Source of the DNA: Leucoraja ocellata
Taxonomy: Eukaryota
Reading direction: 5' to 3'
Length of the DNA: 64,000 bases
Assembly: GCA_036785375.1 (NCBI GenBank)
Contig: JAWMAR010000200.1
Location: 3,782,001-3,846,000, forward strand
How positions within the stretch are numbered: position 1 is the stretch's first letter; each line of letters starts with the position of its first letter. This document shows positions 36,359 to 47,422 of the stretch, in pieces. The notes below the pieces were generated by a model, which made no database searches, was not told the DNA's origin, and saw only the letters and a program-made list of their open reading frames with translations. A program made the position numbers and the translations under genes.

Positions 36359-36924
36359 CAGGTAAGCTCTGCTATAACACGACAGTTGTGTTCCTGAGAA
36401 ACCTCGTGTTATAGAAAATCATGTTCTAAAAACAATTGTGTCAATGGGGAAAATGGGCTTCGGGGCTGAAGACTTTCAGACTTACAATTTCAAAGTTATC
36501 TTCCCCTGAAGGATTTTCAAAAGTAAAGGTCTTTTTAATAAATATAGGTTTATTTTTGTAACTCCCAGCTAAAAATACTACACGCTATGTTTCATTGTTT
36601 CATAGAACATCATTGCATAAGCGGCAAAGGAAGCAATTGCACGCCAAGTTAGATCACTCCCCTCCATGAAAACTGCAGCTGTGTTCTTAAGCATCGGTAT
36701 CTGATTACTGTAGGGAGGTTACATGGGGAAAAATCAAATTCCAATAAGGCTTTTTTAACATTAAAATGGTTCTCGTTCTTGATCAAAATTACATAATAAC
36801 CATTTGTTATGAAATGAAATGTTATGAAATGTTTATGCCCGCATAATACAAATTTTGTTCCCTAATTTGTCACTCACATTATATCCAATTAATGTGGAAA
36901 CATGAGTTTCAGCTGAACGACCTG
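36359..36924. mobile_element. Possible ancient Tigger/pogo-like MITE
   Basis: CAGGT..GCTATAACACG left end, degenerate inverted ..GAACGACCTG right end, repeated GTTAT(A) subterminal motifs; no clear TA TSD. Confidence 0.3.
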
Positions 36925-37344
36925 GCCTTGAGTATCAATACATTTGTTCGTCTATTTTGCAGCTCAATGGAGGGTTGATTCAATCAGAAGTGCATCTAAT
37001 ATTGTGCTCCTAATAATGCGTCAATTCAAACTTCATTCATTCCACTACTTAGTAACGTAGTGAGTAAAGTATATTTTAAACAACGGTGTATAGTTAAAAT
37101 TAAGATAGTTTAAAAGTGCAATCCAGCATGCTTGGGATTTGGGTGGTGTCACAGATTGTTTGGGTTTCCAGATTATTTGATGATATACCTACCCACCTAC
37201 AACACTCACTTTTAATTCATTTATTTTTTAGATGTTACAGGGTACAGTTGTATCTTTTTTTTGTTTCAGAGGTCTGGGACTCAGGTGAGTACAAGATGGT
37301 GCAGGCATTCACACCCCAGTGAGTTTATTCACATGGTCATATTA

Positions 37345-37482
37345 ATAAGTGATAGGAGCAGAATTAGGCCATTCAGCTCATCAAGACTATTCCATCATTC
37401 AATCATGACGTAGTCAATGATCTACCTCTCCTTCTTAACCCCATTCTCCTGCCTTCTCCCCATAACCCTTGACACCTGTACC
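37345..37482 (-). mobile_element. CR1 3' tail fragment
   Basis: GATAGGAGCAGAATTAGGCCATTCAG..CCCCATTCTCCTGCCTTCTCCCCATAACC. Confidence 0.75.
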
Positions 37483-39014
37483 AAATATCAAACATCATGA
37501 TTAAGGTTGTTAAGATAGGAAAGGGTGCTCTCATTGATGGCATTTAAATTGACCATCGCTCCAGCTGCCCCCTGAGTTAAATTAGTCCAAAACTTGGTCT
37601 GCTGTTCAGTGCTTTACAAAGACTCCTTTCGTCCATAGTATTTAAGAATTCCAAAGTTTGCATCTAACTGTCCAAAAACCCCCCAATGTTTTTTGAATAA
37701 ATATGCTTTAACAAAATTAACAATTTGTTGTTGTTATAATAATATTTAACTCATCATGAAATGTGGAACAGAGCCAAATACATGAAATAATCAGCCATTT
37801 TGATGACATGATCAATGAGAAATTACTGGATTAAGTGAGTGGTCGTTTCTATAAACGTGAGTTAGAAACAAACATTGTAATTTTATTTGCACGATGTATA
37901 CATTTAATTCAGCACAAGATGTTAGAATTAAGAAGTAAGGGCAAGCTTATCACACTTCATAAATTTGATAGTCGTTGAAGTGCATAATTAACAACCATGA
38001 TAGGGGCAATACATTATTTAATTAACACTTCACATGATTAACACTTTATAAATGTGCAATCATCTGAAAGTTAAAGAACTTGCAAGAAAAATTGAGCAGC
38101 CATAATGCATTTTTTAATGACCACATTTAATCTCTTAAATTAGTAATTGTAAGTAACTACTTAAAATCCTATGTATTAAGAAATTATTTTACATAGATTT
38201 TTAAGCACCTTTTTAATTGATGTACTGTTCAACCATATCGCATTGGCCATCAATTATTTAGTTAAGCCTCTTCCCTTACCCTTCTGTCCAAACAATTTGC
38301 ATGACACGTTTCTGAGTGTAAAAGATAATATGAGGACAAAGTAGTTACTAGTTGCAAGAATGTGATTTGAGGGCTTTAATTGCTTCCTGAGCCAGAGTGA
38401 ATGCAGGGCTGGGAAAGGACATGAAAAGTCCTTGTGCTGTGGAGGTTAATGATTCCACAGAAACCTTCCTTTGCAGTTGAACATGGTTTGACAGCTTATC
38501 ACTCCAAATATGTCTTCTTGAGAAGTACAAACATTATTTTTATTAACTGCTATTTGAGTTAGAACGCAACCATACAGAAAGTGTTTGATGTGTTTCATTA
38601 TTCATGATTTTTGCTGCTTTTTAATTGAATCATTAATTATTGTAATTCGTTAGTATTTTTTTTCTTAATTATAATTAATCACTGCACTATTTTAAAATAA
38701 TTGTTATGGATTATATGTGCTGAGTGCTTAGGATATTCTTAAACTTGACTTCACTTTTGCACTAATTATATCCATTGTTGGATCCAGTAGTTCAGAATTG
38801 GTATGTATGTACTCTTCTGCATTTTGATTTTTTTTAAACAGTGATATTAAGTACTTTATTAATTGATTTACTGTTCATCCATCATAACCATCAATAGTTT
38901 AGTTAAACTCGTTCCCTTACCATTCTGTCCAAAAATGTATGTTGAAATGTGCGAGGTTGATCAGTTTATTGTCAGATGCACGAGGGTACAATGAAATTCC
39001 TAGTTTGCCTACGT

Positions 39015-39415
39015 GGCAAAGTTAATTAAATCAACTGGTGTAGGAGGCAGCCCCGAAGCAGTCATTGATGTAGTGGAGAAAGAGTTGGGGTATAGTGCCA
39101 GAGTACGATTAGAACAAGGACTGTTTGCCGTAACCAACAAAAAGACAGGCATAGCTGGCCCTATGCGGGTGCCCGTTGCTACACCTTTAACTTGAAGAGG
39201 GTGAGAGGAGTCAAAGGAAATGTTATTCAGGGTATGGAAAAGTTCCGGCTGGTGGAGGAGAGTGTTGGTAGCGGAAAATTGATTGGGTGTCTGGTCAGGG
39301 AAAAACTGGAGGGCCTTGAGAACCTCCTGGTGGGAGATGCAGGTATAAAGGAACTAGATGTCCATGGTAAATATGAGGCAATTGGGGCAAAGGAAATTGA
39401 AATCTACTGGATCTT
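39015..39415 (-). pseudogene. Penelope-like reverse transcriptase fragment
   Basis: Minus strand reads LIFTMDI*FLYTCISHQE..LNNISFDSSHPLQVKGVATGTRIGP..LFLHYINDCFG, degenerate PLE RT motifs (DVxSLYTxI, QxxGxAMG, RYxDD). Confidence 0.8.
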
Positions 39416-40102
39416 CCGGTTGCTAACGATTTTATCTCCCCTTTCTATTCCCATTATGATCTTCCTTTCCTGGGCCTCCACCATTGCCAGAGTCAGGCCA
39501 CACAAAAACTGAAGGAACAGCACCTCATATTCTACTTGGGTAGTTTACAACCTAATGATATGAATATTGAATTCTCCAATTTTAGGCAATGCAAACTACA
39601 AACAATCCTACCCCATTTCCCCCTCCCTTTTTTCATCCCTCTCTTCCCTGCGGCCCACCTAGATCCCCCCCCCGGTATCCTTCCACCTGTATTTCTTCCT
39701 CGAGCTTCACACTTTGCACTTATTCTATCCTTATCTCACACTTTTTGTCTGACTACATCTGGCCACTGTCCAACCATCCTCCAATCAAATACCCCTCACC
39801 TGTATCCATCTATCACTTGTCTGAAGAAGGGTTTTGGCCCGAAACGTTGCCTATTTCCTTTACTCCATAGATGCTGCTGCACCCGCTGAGTTTCTCCAGC
39901 TTTTTTGTGTACCTTCCATCTATCACTTGCTTTGTCCTGCCCTCAAAAGTCTCCCACTTTCCCCCTCCTCCACCACAATCAGTCTGAAGAAGGGACCTGA
40001 TCCAAAACGTCACCTATTCATGTTCTCCAGAGATGCTGCCTCACCCGCTGAGTTACGCCAACACTTGTGTTTTTTTGCAAGCCAGCATCTGCAGTTCCTT
40101 CT
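39416..40102 (+). mobile_element. Penelope 3' end: GIY-YIG C-terminus, UTR, pLTR and tail
   Basis: LHHCQSQATQKLKEQHLIFYLGSLQPNDMNIEFSNFR; pLTR from 39984 with hammerhead G12 lost (CCAAAACGTC); tail CCAGCATCTGCAGTTCCTT. Confidence 0.82.
39820..39914 (+). mobile_element. Solo 95-bp hammerhead/pLTR unit nested in Penelope UTR, perfect 15-bp TSD
   Basis: TCCATCTATCACTTG at 39805-39819 and 39915-39929; core CTGAAGA-A-GGGT-TTTG-GCCC-GAAA-CGTT at 39821-39848. Confidence 0.88.
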
Positions 40103-41019
40103 CCAAAGGAATAGGTCATCTGGTTTTCCAAATTGTAGTTAGTTTTTCTCTACCTAAGCCATTTTCCTATTTTACTTAGCCTATATTATTTGTTTTAAAT
40201 TGAATACTTTCAAACATGTTCAGAGAATTCACTGGACATTTTTTTACATTTTACTCATCTCAGTGGGAGGAATTTTTCAAACACTGGTTCATTTCTTTCA
40301 ATAATGATCATAAACTTACTCCATCTGTTATGACTTCACCAAAAAGCAGAAACAATCTATCAATGCTTTATTGATCATAGCAATGCTTCTTTTTTGAAAC
40401 TGTTTCTGCATTATACATTTTTCACACATCAACTGCAAAAGAAAAATACACAAGTATGATCACCATTACTTTCAGCAACACAGCGTTTGAGACTTTATCC
40501 CATTGGATTTTCATGTCCAGCTGCAGTAGAATTGAAACTGGAACCACGCCCACCTCTATGCTGTGCCCAGAATCACATGTGGTGTTTCATATCACTATTC
40601 GAAGTTGGAGACCATGGGTTCTATAGTTGAAAGTTGGCTAAAAATGACTAAATAAGAAAAACAATAATTTTTTATCTCACGCCTTGAAATTAATTCTGAG
40701 TTTATGCATTAGGCTGAACTTTACCCTCCAAAAGCACACGTTTGGGGCAGGGATGGTAGCGGTGGGTACAGTTGAAACTGGGAAGTTGGCATTTATCCTG
40801 CATTTAACTCATGCACTATGTTTCGAGCAGGCAACCTTGTTGGGAGAAATGGGTTGCCAATTTCCATATGTTAATTGGTTACTTAGTGTGATATTAATAC
40901 AGGCTTTAACATCAGATCCATGCTTTTCCTGATTGTTATAAAGCCATCAGTGAAGGTCATGCATGTGTGTCAGAGTAGATTGCAAGGAAGTATATCATAA
41001 ATACTCAGTACTCATACCT

Positions 41020-41220
41020 GGTTGATTGGAGGGTTCCTTCATTGGTTCAGGATGAGCTGCCAATGCTGCCTTTGATTGGTCTGCAAGTGAGACGAGAGTA
41101 GTGAAGAGGTGCATCAGCAGAGTGATTCTGCTCACAAGAATCAATAACTTTACAATTGGGCCACGAGGCAGAAGTTGAGTTTCATTAGTGTTTCCTTGAG
41201 TGAATCAAAGCACTCAAGAA
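41020..41220. promoter_or_regulatory. Candidate promoter/enhancer: CCAAT-box cluster with TCF and Nkx2-type motifs
   Basis: ATTGG/CCAAT at 41025, 41041, 41060, 41075 and ~41155; CTTTGAT 41070-76; CTTGAGTG-A-ATCAAAG-CACTCAAG 41195-41218; no recognisable repeat here. Confidence 0.4.
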
Positions 41221-41907
41221 TTACATACCAGGTAGTCTCTGTCAGTTGCGACATCTTTGGATATGATATTGACATCTTAGCCTGGTAACAATGCGTGACC
41301 AGTGTTTCTCAAAGTCATCACAGCAGTTGACCCTATTACCTTTATAGTGTATCAACTGATGTTTAGAACAAAAGACTCTAAACCAAGGTTTAGTGCAACT
41401 TAATCTTTACTAGCACTTGTATTACTTAAGCATGCATGCAATCCACTATGTCCCTAAAACTTCACAATTGTTTTACAGCTTTTCATGTCTTATGTTAATA
41501 GGACTCATGGCTTGGACTCAAATATGACCTTTATGAATGATTTGCCCAGATTCACTCTGGTGGCAGGAGGGTAGTCTTCTAAGCTAAAAAACTCAGGGTC
41601 GTTTTGCCTATGTTGGTGGTTCCCAGTTTGTTGCTTCCTACGTATGTCACGAACCAGCCTTCTTTGACTGATGATTTTCAATAGATGATTTTTTTCTTCA
41701 ATCTTCTACAGAAAGCTTTTGCTCTTACTCTAGGCTTCGGCACGCACTACTCTGAACTCAATCATTTTAAGTTGTCACTCATCCAAAGACTGAATAAATC
41801 AAACATACCTTTCCTTATCACGCGAGAGAATTCTTAGTTATAATGTTGCCTGTTTATAGTTTTAAGTTGATGATGGTGATCTTTTCACTGCTTCTTTGTT
41901 TTTGAAT

Positions 41908-42063
41908 NNNNNNNNNNNNNNNNNNNNNNNNNNNNNNNNNNNNNNNNNNNNNNNNNNNNNNNNNNNNNNNNNNNNNNNNNNNNNNNNNNNNNNNNNNNNN
42001 NNNNNNNNNNNNNNNNNNNNNNNNNNNNNNNNNNNNNNNNNNNNNNNNNNNNNNNNNNNNNNN
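41908..42063. other. Assembly gap (156 N)
   Basis: Run of N; C/T-rich low-complexity sequence on the right flank. Confidence 0.99.
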
Positions 42064-42885
42064 CTCCCCTCCCCCTCTTTCCTCCCCTTTTCTCTCTCTT
42101 TTTCTTTCTCTCTGATAAATAGAAGTAGGTGATGAGCACAAGCCAAGAAAGACTAGCTGCAATATTGTGGCACTTAAGGTGCATTATTCTACACTGATAT
42201 TAGTAAAAACCCTAATGCCCACCTGCATTCTACTTTCATTAAGCTAAAGCACTTCCTGTAAAACTGATTAGAGCACATACGGCAAGATCTCCACTCAATT
42301 TCTGCTGAATTTGTCTGAACAAAAAATGAGGGCCATGAGTGGAATACTGGTGGGACCTTCCAGCTGTTAAGACACATGTGGAGTATGAATCATTGTTTCC
42401 CCTTAATAACAGTAGACAAGAGAGAAAAAATTGAACTTCTTTCGCAACTTATAAGGCAAATAAGTAATAGAAATGATGTATTACCCTTTCATAACAACTT
42501 TTCTGTACTGTGCAAAACTTAAATGCAATTCTACAGTATGGATTTAGGATGGAACACCAGTCTCTGGTGATTGTTGTCAGCATTAAGCTTAATTTCCACA
42601 AGAATACTTTATTCTCCCCTCTAACATATAATGAGATGACACCAAAAGGAGCTCATAGGAAGATTTTAGAGAGGAACAAGGACAAGACATTTAATTTGTA
42701 GACTAGAATAGGGAAATAGAATAGAGTATGAATCAGAACTCTTTTTCCTTTTCCGTCTCTCCCCCCACCCCAATCAGGTCCACACTCGCCATGCTTAGAA
42801 TTACACACATACTAAAGAATTACATGTTTTGGCAGCCAAAATCAGAACTGAAATTGGAATATCCCCAAAAATGTGGAAAGTACTA

Positions 42886-43952
42886 CAGGTGCACAACTTT
42901 TTATCCGAAAGCCTTGGGACCAGACACTTCTCGGATTTCGTAATTTTCGGATTTCGGAATGGAAGATTTTTAGCGTAGATTAGGTAGGTAGCGCGGGCGG
43001 CTTGAAAAGTCTGGAGCGGCTGCCTCCTCCCAGGGAGATCGGGGAATCATTGTAAATCATTGCTTAAATGTTAGTCAGTTAGTTTGGAGGGATTTTATGT
43101 GAAGGGGGAACTTTAATTCTTAGTCCCCTACCTGGTCGGAGAGGCAGGGAGCGGGCAATGCCTTACCGGGTCACCGTGCAGTAAGCTCCGGAGCGCTGTG
43201 GCCGCCGACTCCCAACATCGCGGAGCTGGGGCTGCGGGCGTCCGGCCGCGGGTGGCGCCGGTTGGAGCTCTGACCCCGGCAACTCTACCCCTGGCTGCGA
43301 GGCGCTCCAAATCCCAGCGCCACCGCAGCCGGACGCCCGCAGCCCCAGCTCCGCGATGTTGGGAGTCGGCGGCCACAGCGCTGGGATACCAGCGGGGAGT
43401 GGGCAATGCCTTACCGGGTCGCCGTGCGGTAAGCTCTGGAGCGCAGTGGCCGCCGACTCCCAACATCGCGGAGCTGGGGCTGTGGGCGTCCCCGGGTGGG
43501 CGGCACTGGATTTGGAGCCGCCGCGCAGCCAGGGAACAGTTGCCGGGGTCGGAGCTACAACCGGCGCAGCCCGCGGCCGGACGCCCGCAGCCACAGCTCC
43601 GCGATGTGGGAGCCGGCGGCCACAGCGCTCCGGAGCTTACTGCACAGCGACCCCGTAAGGCATTGCCCGCTCCCGCCTCTCCGACCAGGTAGGGGACTAA
43701 AAGTTTCCCCCTTCACCCCCCCCTTCACATAAAAGCCCTCCAAACTAACTGACTAACATTTAAACAATGATTTACAGATGTTTAAGTGTCTCCCGGTACT
43801 ACTGTAGTACAGACCTGGGTTGACCGTGGGTCGTTTCGGGTCACGTTTGGCGCCAAACGTGAGCTTTGGTGTGCAGACGACATCCTGGAAAAAATGTCCG
43901 GATTTCGGAGCTTTTCGGTTTCCGGAACTCCGGGTAAAAGGTTGTGCACCTG
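42886..43952. mobile_element. Tc1/mariner-superfamily (Tigger/pogo-like) MITE with a large internal fold-back
   Basis: TA|CAGGTGCACAACTTTTTATCCG ... CGGGTAAAAGGTTGTGCACCTG|TA (20/22 match); subterminal TTCGGA repeats; internal inverted repeat 43051-43776; CpG-rich. Confidence 0.9.
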
Positions 43953-44324
43953 TATTTGAATTCAAAGAAATGTAGTTGAGGGTTATTATGGTTTCAAGAT
44001 AAATGTACTCAGAACAAAAATCTTTGTGAATCCACATTCTGTGTAATTCTTTCTTGTCTTAGATACTGAAGGAAATTGGAAGAAAAACAATCTACATATG
44101 AAGGAGTGTTATCAAAATAAGGCTTTATTTACAAAGTAACAAAAATATTGTATTTGAAATCTTTTTCCATTTTGAAAGAATTTCATAATTCTTTTGATTT
44201 TGGTCATAAAATAGCTTCACTTTTTCTTCAGTTGCTGGTCTCCATGGAATTCTTCCAGATGTAAAGTAAATTACTTTGTACATCTGGTCAAAAAAGAATG
44301 TATCTACAATTCTGCAAACTCTAA

Positions 44325-45071
44325 TGGGCCTGTCCCACTTTGGCGACTTTCTAGGCGACTGCAGGAGACTATGCGGTCGCCACATGTTCGCGGGTGGTTG
44401 CCGGGGAGTTGCCTTCATGGTCACGAGGAGCTCCCGCCTTCTGGGAACTAGTCGCGGCCTCATTGTGGTTGCCACTAATTTTTCAACATTCATGTTGAAA
44501 AATTAGCGGCGGCCAGAATGAAACCGCCATGGAGAGTAGCGAGAATTCTCGTGCCGTAGGTGCAGTGGTAGTGGGTTGCCAGGAGGTCAAAGGTGTCGTA
44601 GGTTGCAGCCGGTGCTGACCAGTGAATTTCAAAAAACCGTAAGCAATAGTTTTCATGACCAAGGATAACCGACGGTAATGTTAATGTTTGCCGAGCTTCA
44701 CGACCGTGTATCTCTGGCTTCTTAAAAGTTGTCTCCACTCCTTCTCCCCCCCCCCCCCCCTTTTTCCCCTATTCTTCCCCCTCCCCCCCTCCCCCCCCCC
44801 CCCCCCCCCCATTTTAAAGGACTTAAGTGACCCTTCCGGTACACCATGCTTTCACCGTCTTAATTACAGTGCCAACCTTCCTGTTCTGTATCACATTGGC
44901 TTTGCACTTGTGAATTTCACTCAGACAGCGCTTCCCCCGCTTGCCCTGTCCCCCGCCTGCATAACGGGCTGGTGAAGGAAGCGATGTGTGTGTGTGTGTT
45001 CGTGTTCGTGTTCGTCCACTCTGACAGTCACCGGCAGTTGCCTGAAAAACCGCCTAAGTGGGACAGGCCCA
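44325..45071. mobile_element. PIF/Harbinger-like MITE, second copy in opposite orientation to 34522-35515
   Basis: TIR TGGGCCTGTCCCACTT / AAGTGGGACAGGCCCA, TAA TSD (44322-24, 45072-74); body is the reverse complement of the first copy; central poly-C tract. Confidence 0.88.
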
Positions 45072-45679
45072 TAAGGTCTGAGTAGTCAAGCTTAAAAGTA
45101 TATTACTCAAACTTTACTCTACAAAGATTGACAGTTGCAGTCTACATAAACAATTAACAGGTTCTCATTATATATTGTGTTTTTGTATGTATTCTGTAAA
45201 TAAATCCACGGTTTGTTGCAGATTATGGTGTACAAAGCACTGAATGTTCTGAGTAGTGCAGCAATGTAAAATTGTTAATAAATAAATAAATATTGTTCAA
45301 TAGAGCAGTGCCAGAGTAGTTATTTATATTTTATTTGTTTAACACCAATGAATATCATCATAATATTGAATCAGTTTGAATAGGTGAATGAATACAAATA
45401 AAAACTGAGACTGCAATGCATTCTGTTTTTTGGTTTGCTACTATGACAGCTGTAGGAAATTCAACAGGCCTACTTTTATGCAAGGATGATCTCGATCTCT
45501 GAGGTGAAGCATGAATCCAATTAATACATTGTCAGATGTACTAATTTTTAGTGCATCATTTGTCAGAAGAATGAATATATCTTTCAAACGATTAAAAGTT
45601 TTGTCATGATCATTTCGCCATCTAGGTGTAAAGAAATTTCCTAACCCAATACAGGATATAAAAGTTATACTCCATTTTA

Positions 45680-46280
45680 CAACTGGATCCTTGACTTCCC
45701 CATCGGCAGACCTCAATCTTTGCGGATCGGTAACAACATCTCTTCCTCGCTAAACATCAACATAAGTGCACCTCGAGTCTGTGTGCTTGGCCCCCTGCAA
45801 ACTCCATCCTAATGACACCATGGCTGTTGGCTGAATCACAGGTGGTGATGAGTCAGCGTACAAAGTGCTGGAGTAACCCAGTGGGTCAGACCTAGAGTAT
45901 TCCTGGAGAACATGGATTGCTGATGTTTCAGGTCAGGATCCTTCTTCGGTCTGAAGAAGGATTATGACCCAAAACATCACCTATCTACATTCGCCAGGGA
46001 TCCTGTCTGTCAAACAGAAAGTGCTGGAGTGACTCAGCGGATCAGGCAGCAATTCTGGAGAAAAAGGATGGGTAACATTTTGGGGCGTGACCCTTCTTCA
46101 CACTTCCCACCATTGAAAGAATCTGAAAAGAAGGAGGTAGTTTTCTTTAAGTGCCTTGTCACGGTCTCTTGTCACTGCTACCATGGGGCAGGAAGTACAG
46201 AAATCGATGCCCAACACCACCATGTTCAGGTACAACTGCTTTCTTACATTTATTAGATACTTGAATTGGCCTGCACAGCC
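45680..46280 (+). mobile_element. Rex1/Babar RT and 3' fragments interrupted by a cluster of pLTR units (45861-46102)
   Basis: NWILDFPIGRPQSLRIGNNISSSLNINISAP (Rex-type RT); inverted pLTR pair centred on TTCTTCGGTCTGAAGAAGG plus a third unit; GGCAGGAAGTACAGAA..CACCACCATGTTCAGG near 46190-46230. Confidence 0.7.
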
Positions 46281-47345
46281 TAATCCTACTGGGGCAATGG
46301 AACACTATGGACCACCAAACTAAGTGTAGTTCAGGCCGAAACCTTTGCCCTTGGATTCCATGTTGATTGCTGTGCTGAAATCAGATAGAGTTCAAGTCAG
46401 GTGACAGTGTATCTAATCTATTCTTCTGATGCAGAACTCTGCACTAAATTTAGGGACATAGCACAAATTGTTCTGAATGTGGTGTCAAGATGCCCTTCAC
46501 ATCTGGCTCCTCGGCTTTATGCTAACCATGACTCGCATTAGTAGCAAAATACAATTCATTTGACTGGGACTGACAAGTTTGCTTAAAAGGATGTGCGAGG
46601 AAGTGGGATGTTTATTTTCTTTCTTTTTAAGTTCTAGTATCTTAAGATGTCCTCTGTCAATTTATTTTCTTATCTGTGTTAATTTTCTTTGTTTTTAATT
46701 GATTCATTTGACCTGAACTGTTTTTAAACGCCTCTTAAAAATCAACATTTTCATTTTATCCCTAAGTTGTTCAAGGGACGTCTGTACATCTGGAAACCTG
46801 TGTGATTCCTTCAATACAGGGCATGCCCTTGACCCTTCTAAATGTGTATGCTCCTCTGTGAACTTTTAGATCAATAACATTGAGCTGTTAGGGAACAATG
46901 GTACTAGAGTTTGAGGTTTGTTGTGCATATAATTTAGATTATATGGATTTGTTTTAAATTTCAGACTACATGTATTGTAATTGCTTCAGCTTAATCTTAT
47001 GATGATACAGATCACAGAGTTGCGGAGAGGGTTAAAGCAGTAGGTTTGGTAATGCAATTTTGTTCAATCTCGTTGCTGATGCTTTTAGCAAGTAAGAGTT
47101 TGCTGTCTCTCACACATAATTGTGCTGTGGGCAGATCTAACCTTGCAAATCAAATTATTTCAGAGAGTGTTTTGTCAGAGACTTAGAAAGTGTGCAAATG
47201 TAGATATCCTCACTGAAGCCCAAGAGATATTCTGTGCAACAAAATTAACTTTTGCCTGGTCGATCAGAGAGAAAAAGCTCACACAATTTCATTTGGTTTG
47301 ACGGCTTGTATGTTGAATTTGGCGATAGAATGTTTCCAATATGCC

Positions 47346-47422
47346 GGTAGACACAAAATGCTGGAGTAACTCAGCGGGTGAGGCAGCATCTCTGGAGAGA
47401 ATGAATTGCCGATGTTTCCGGT
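47346..47422 (-). mobile_element. Truncated tail-less pLTR unit
   Basis: GGTAGACACAAAATGCTGGAGTAACTCAGCGGGTGAGGCAGCATCTCTGGAG. Confidence 0.7.

Noticed and set aside
41854-42184. ORFs spanning 41.9-42.1 kb
   Set aside because: Artefacts of reading through the N gap.
43128-43743. Overlapping 100-164 aa GC-rich ORFs on both strands
   Set aside because: They arise from the stop-poor, internally repeated palindrome in the MITE; there are no protein motifs and the same peptides recur on both strands.
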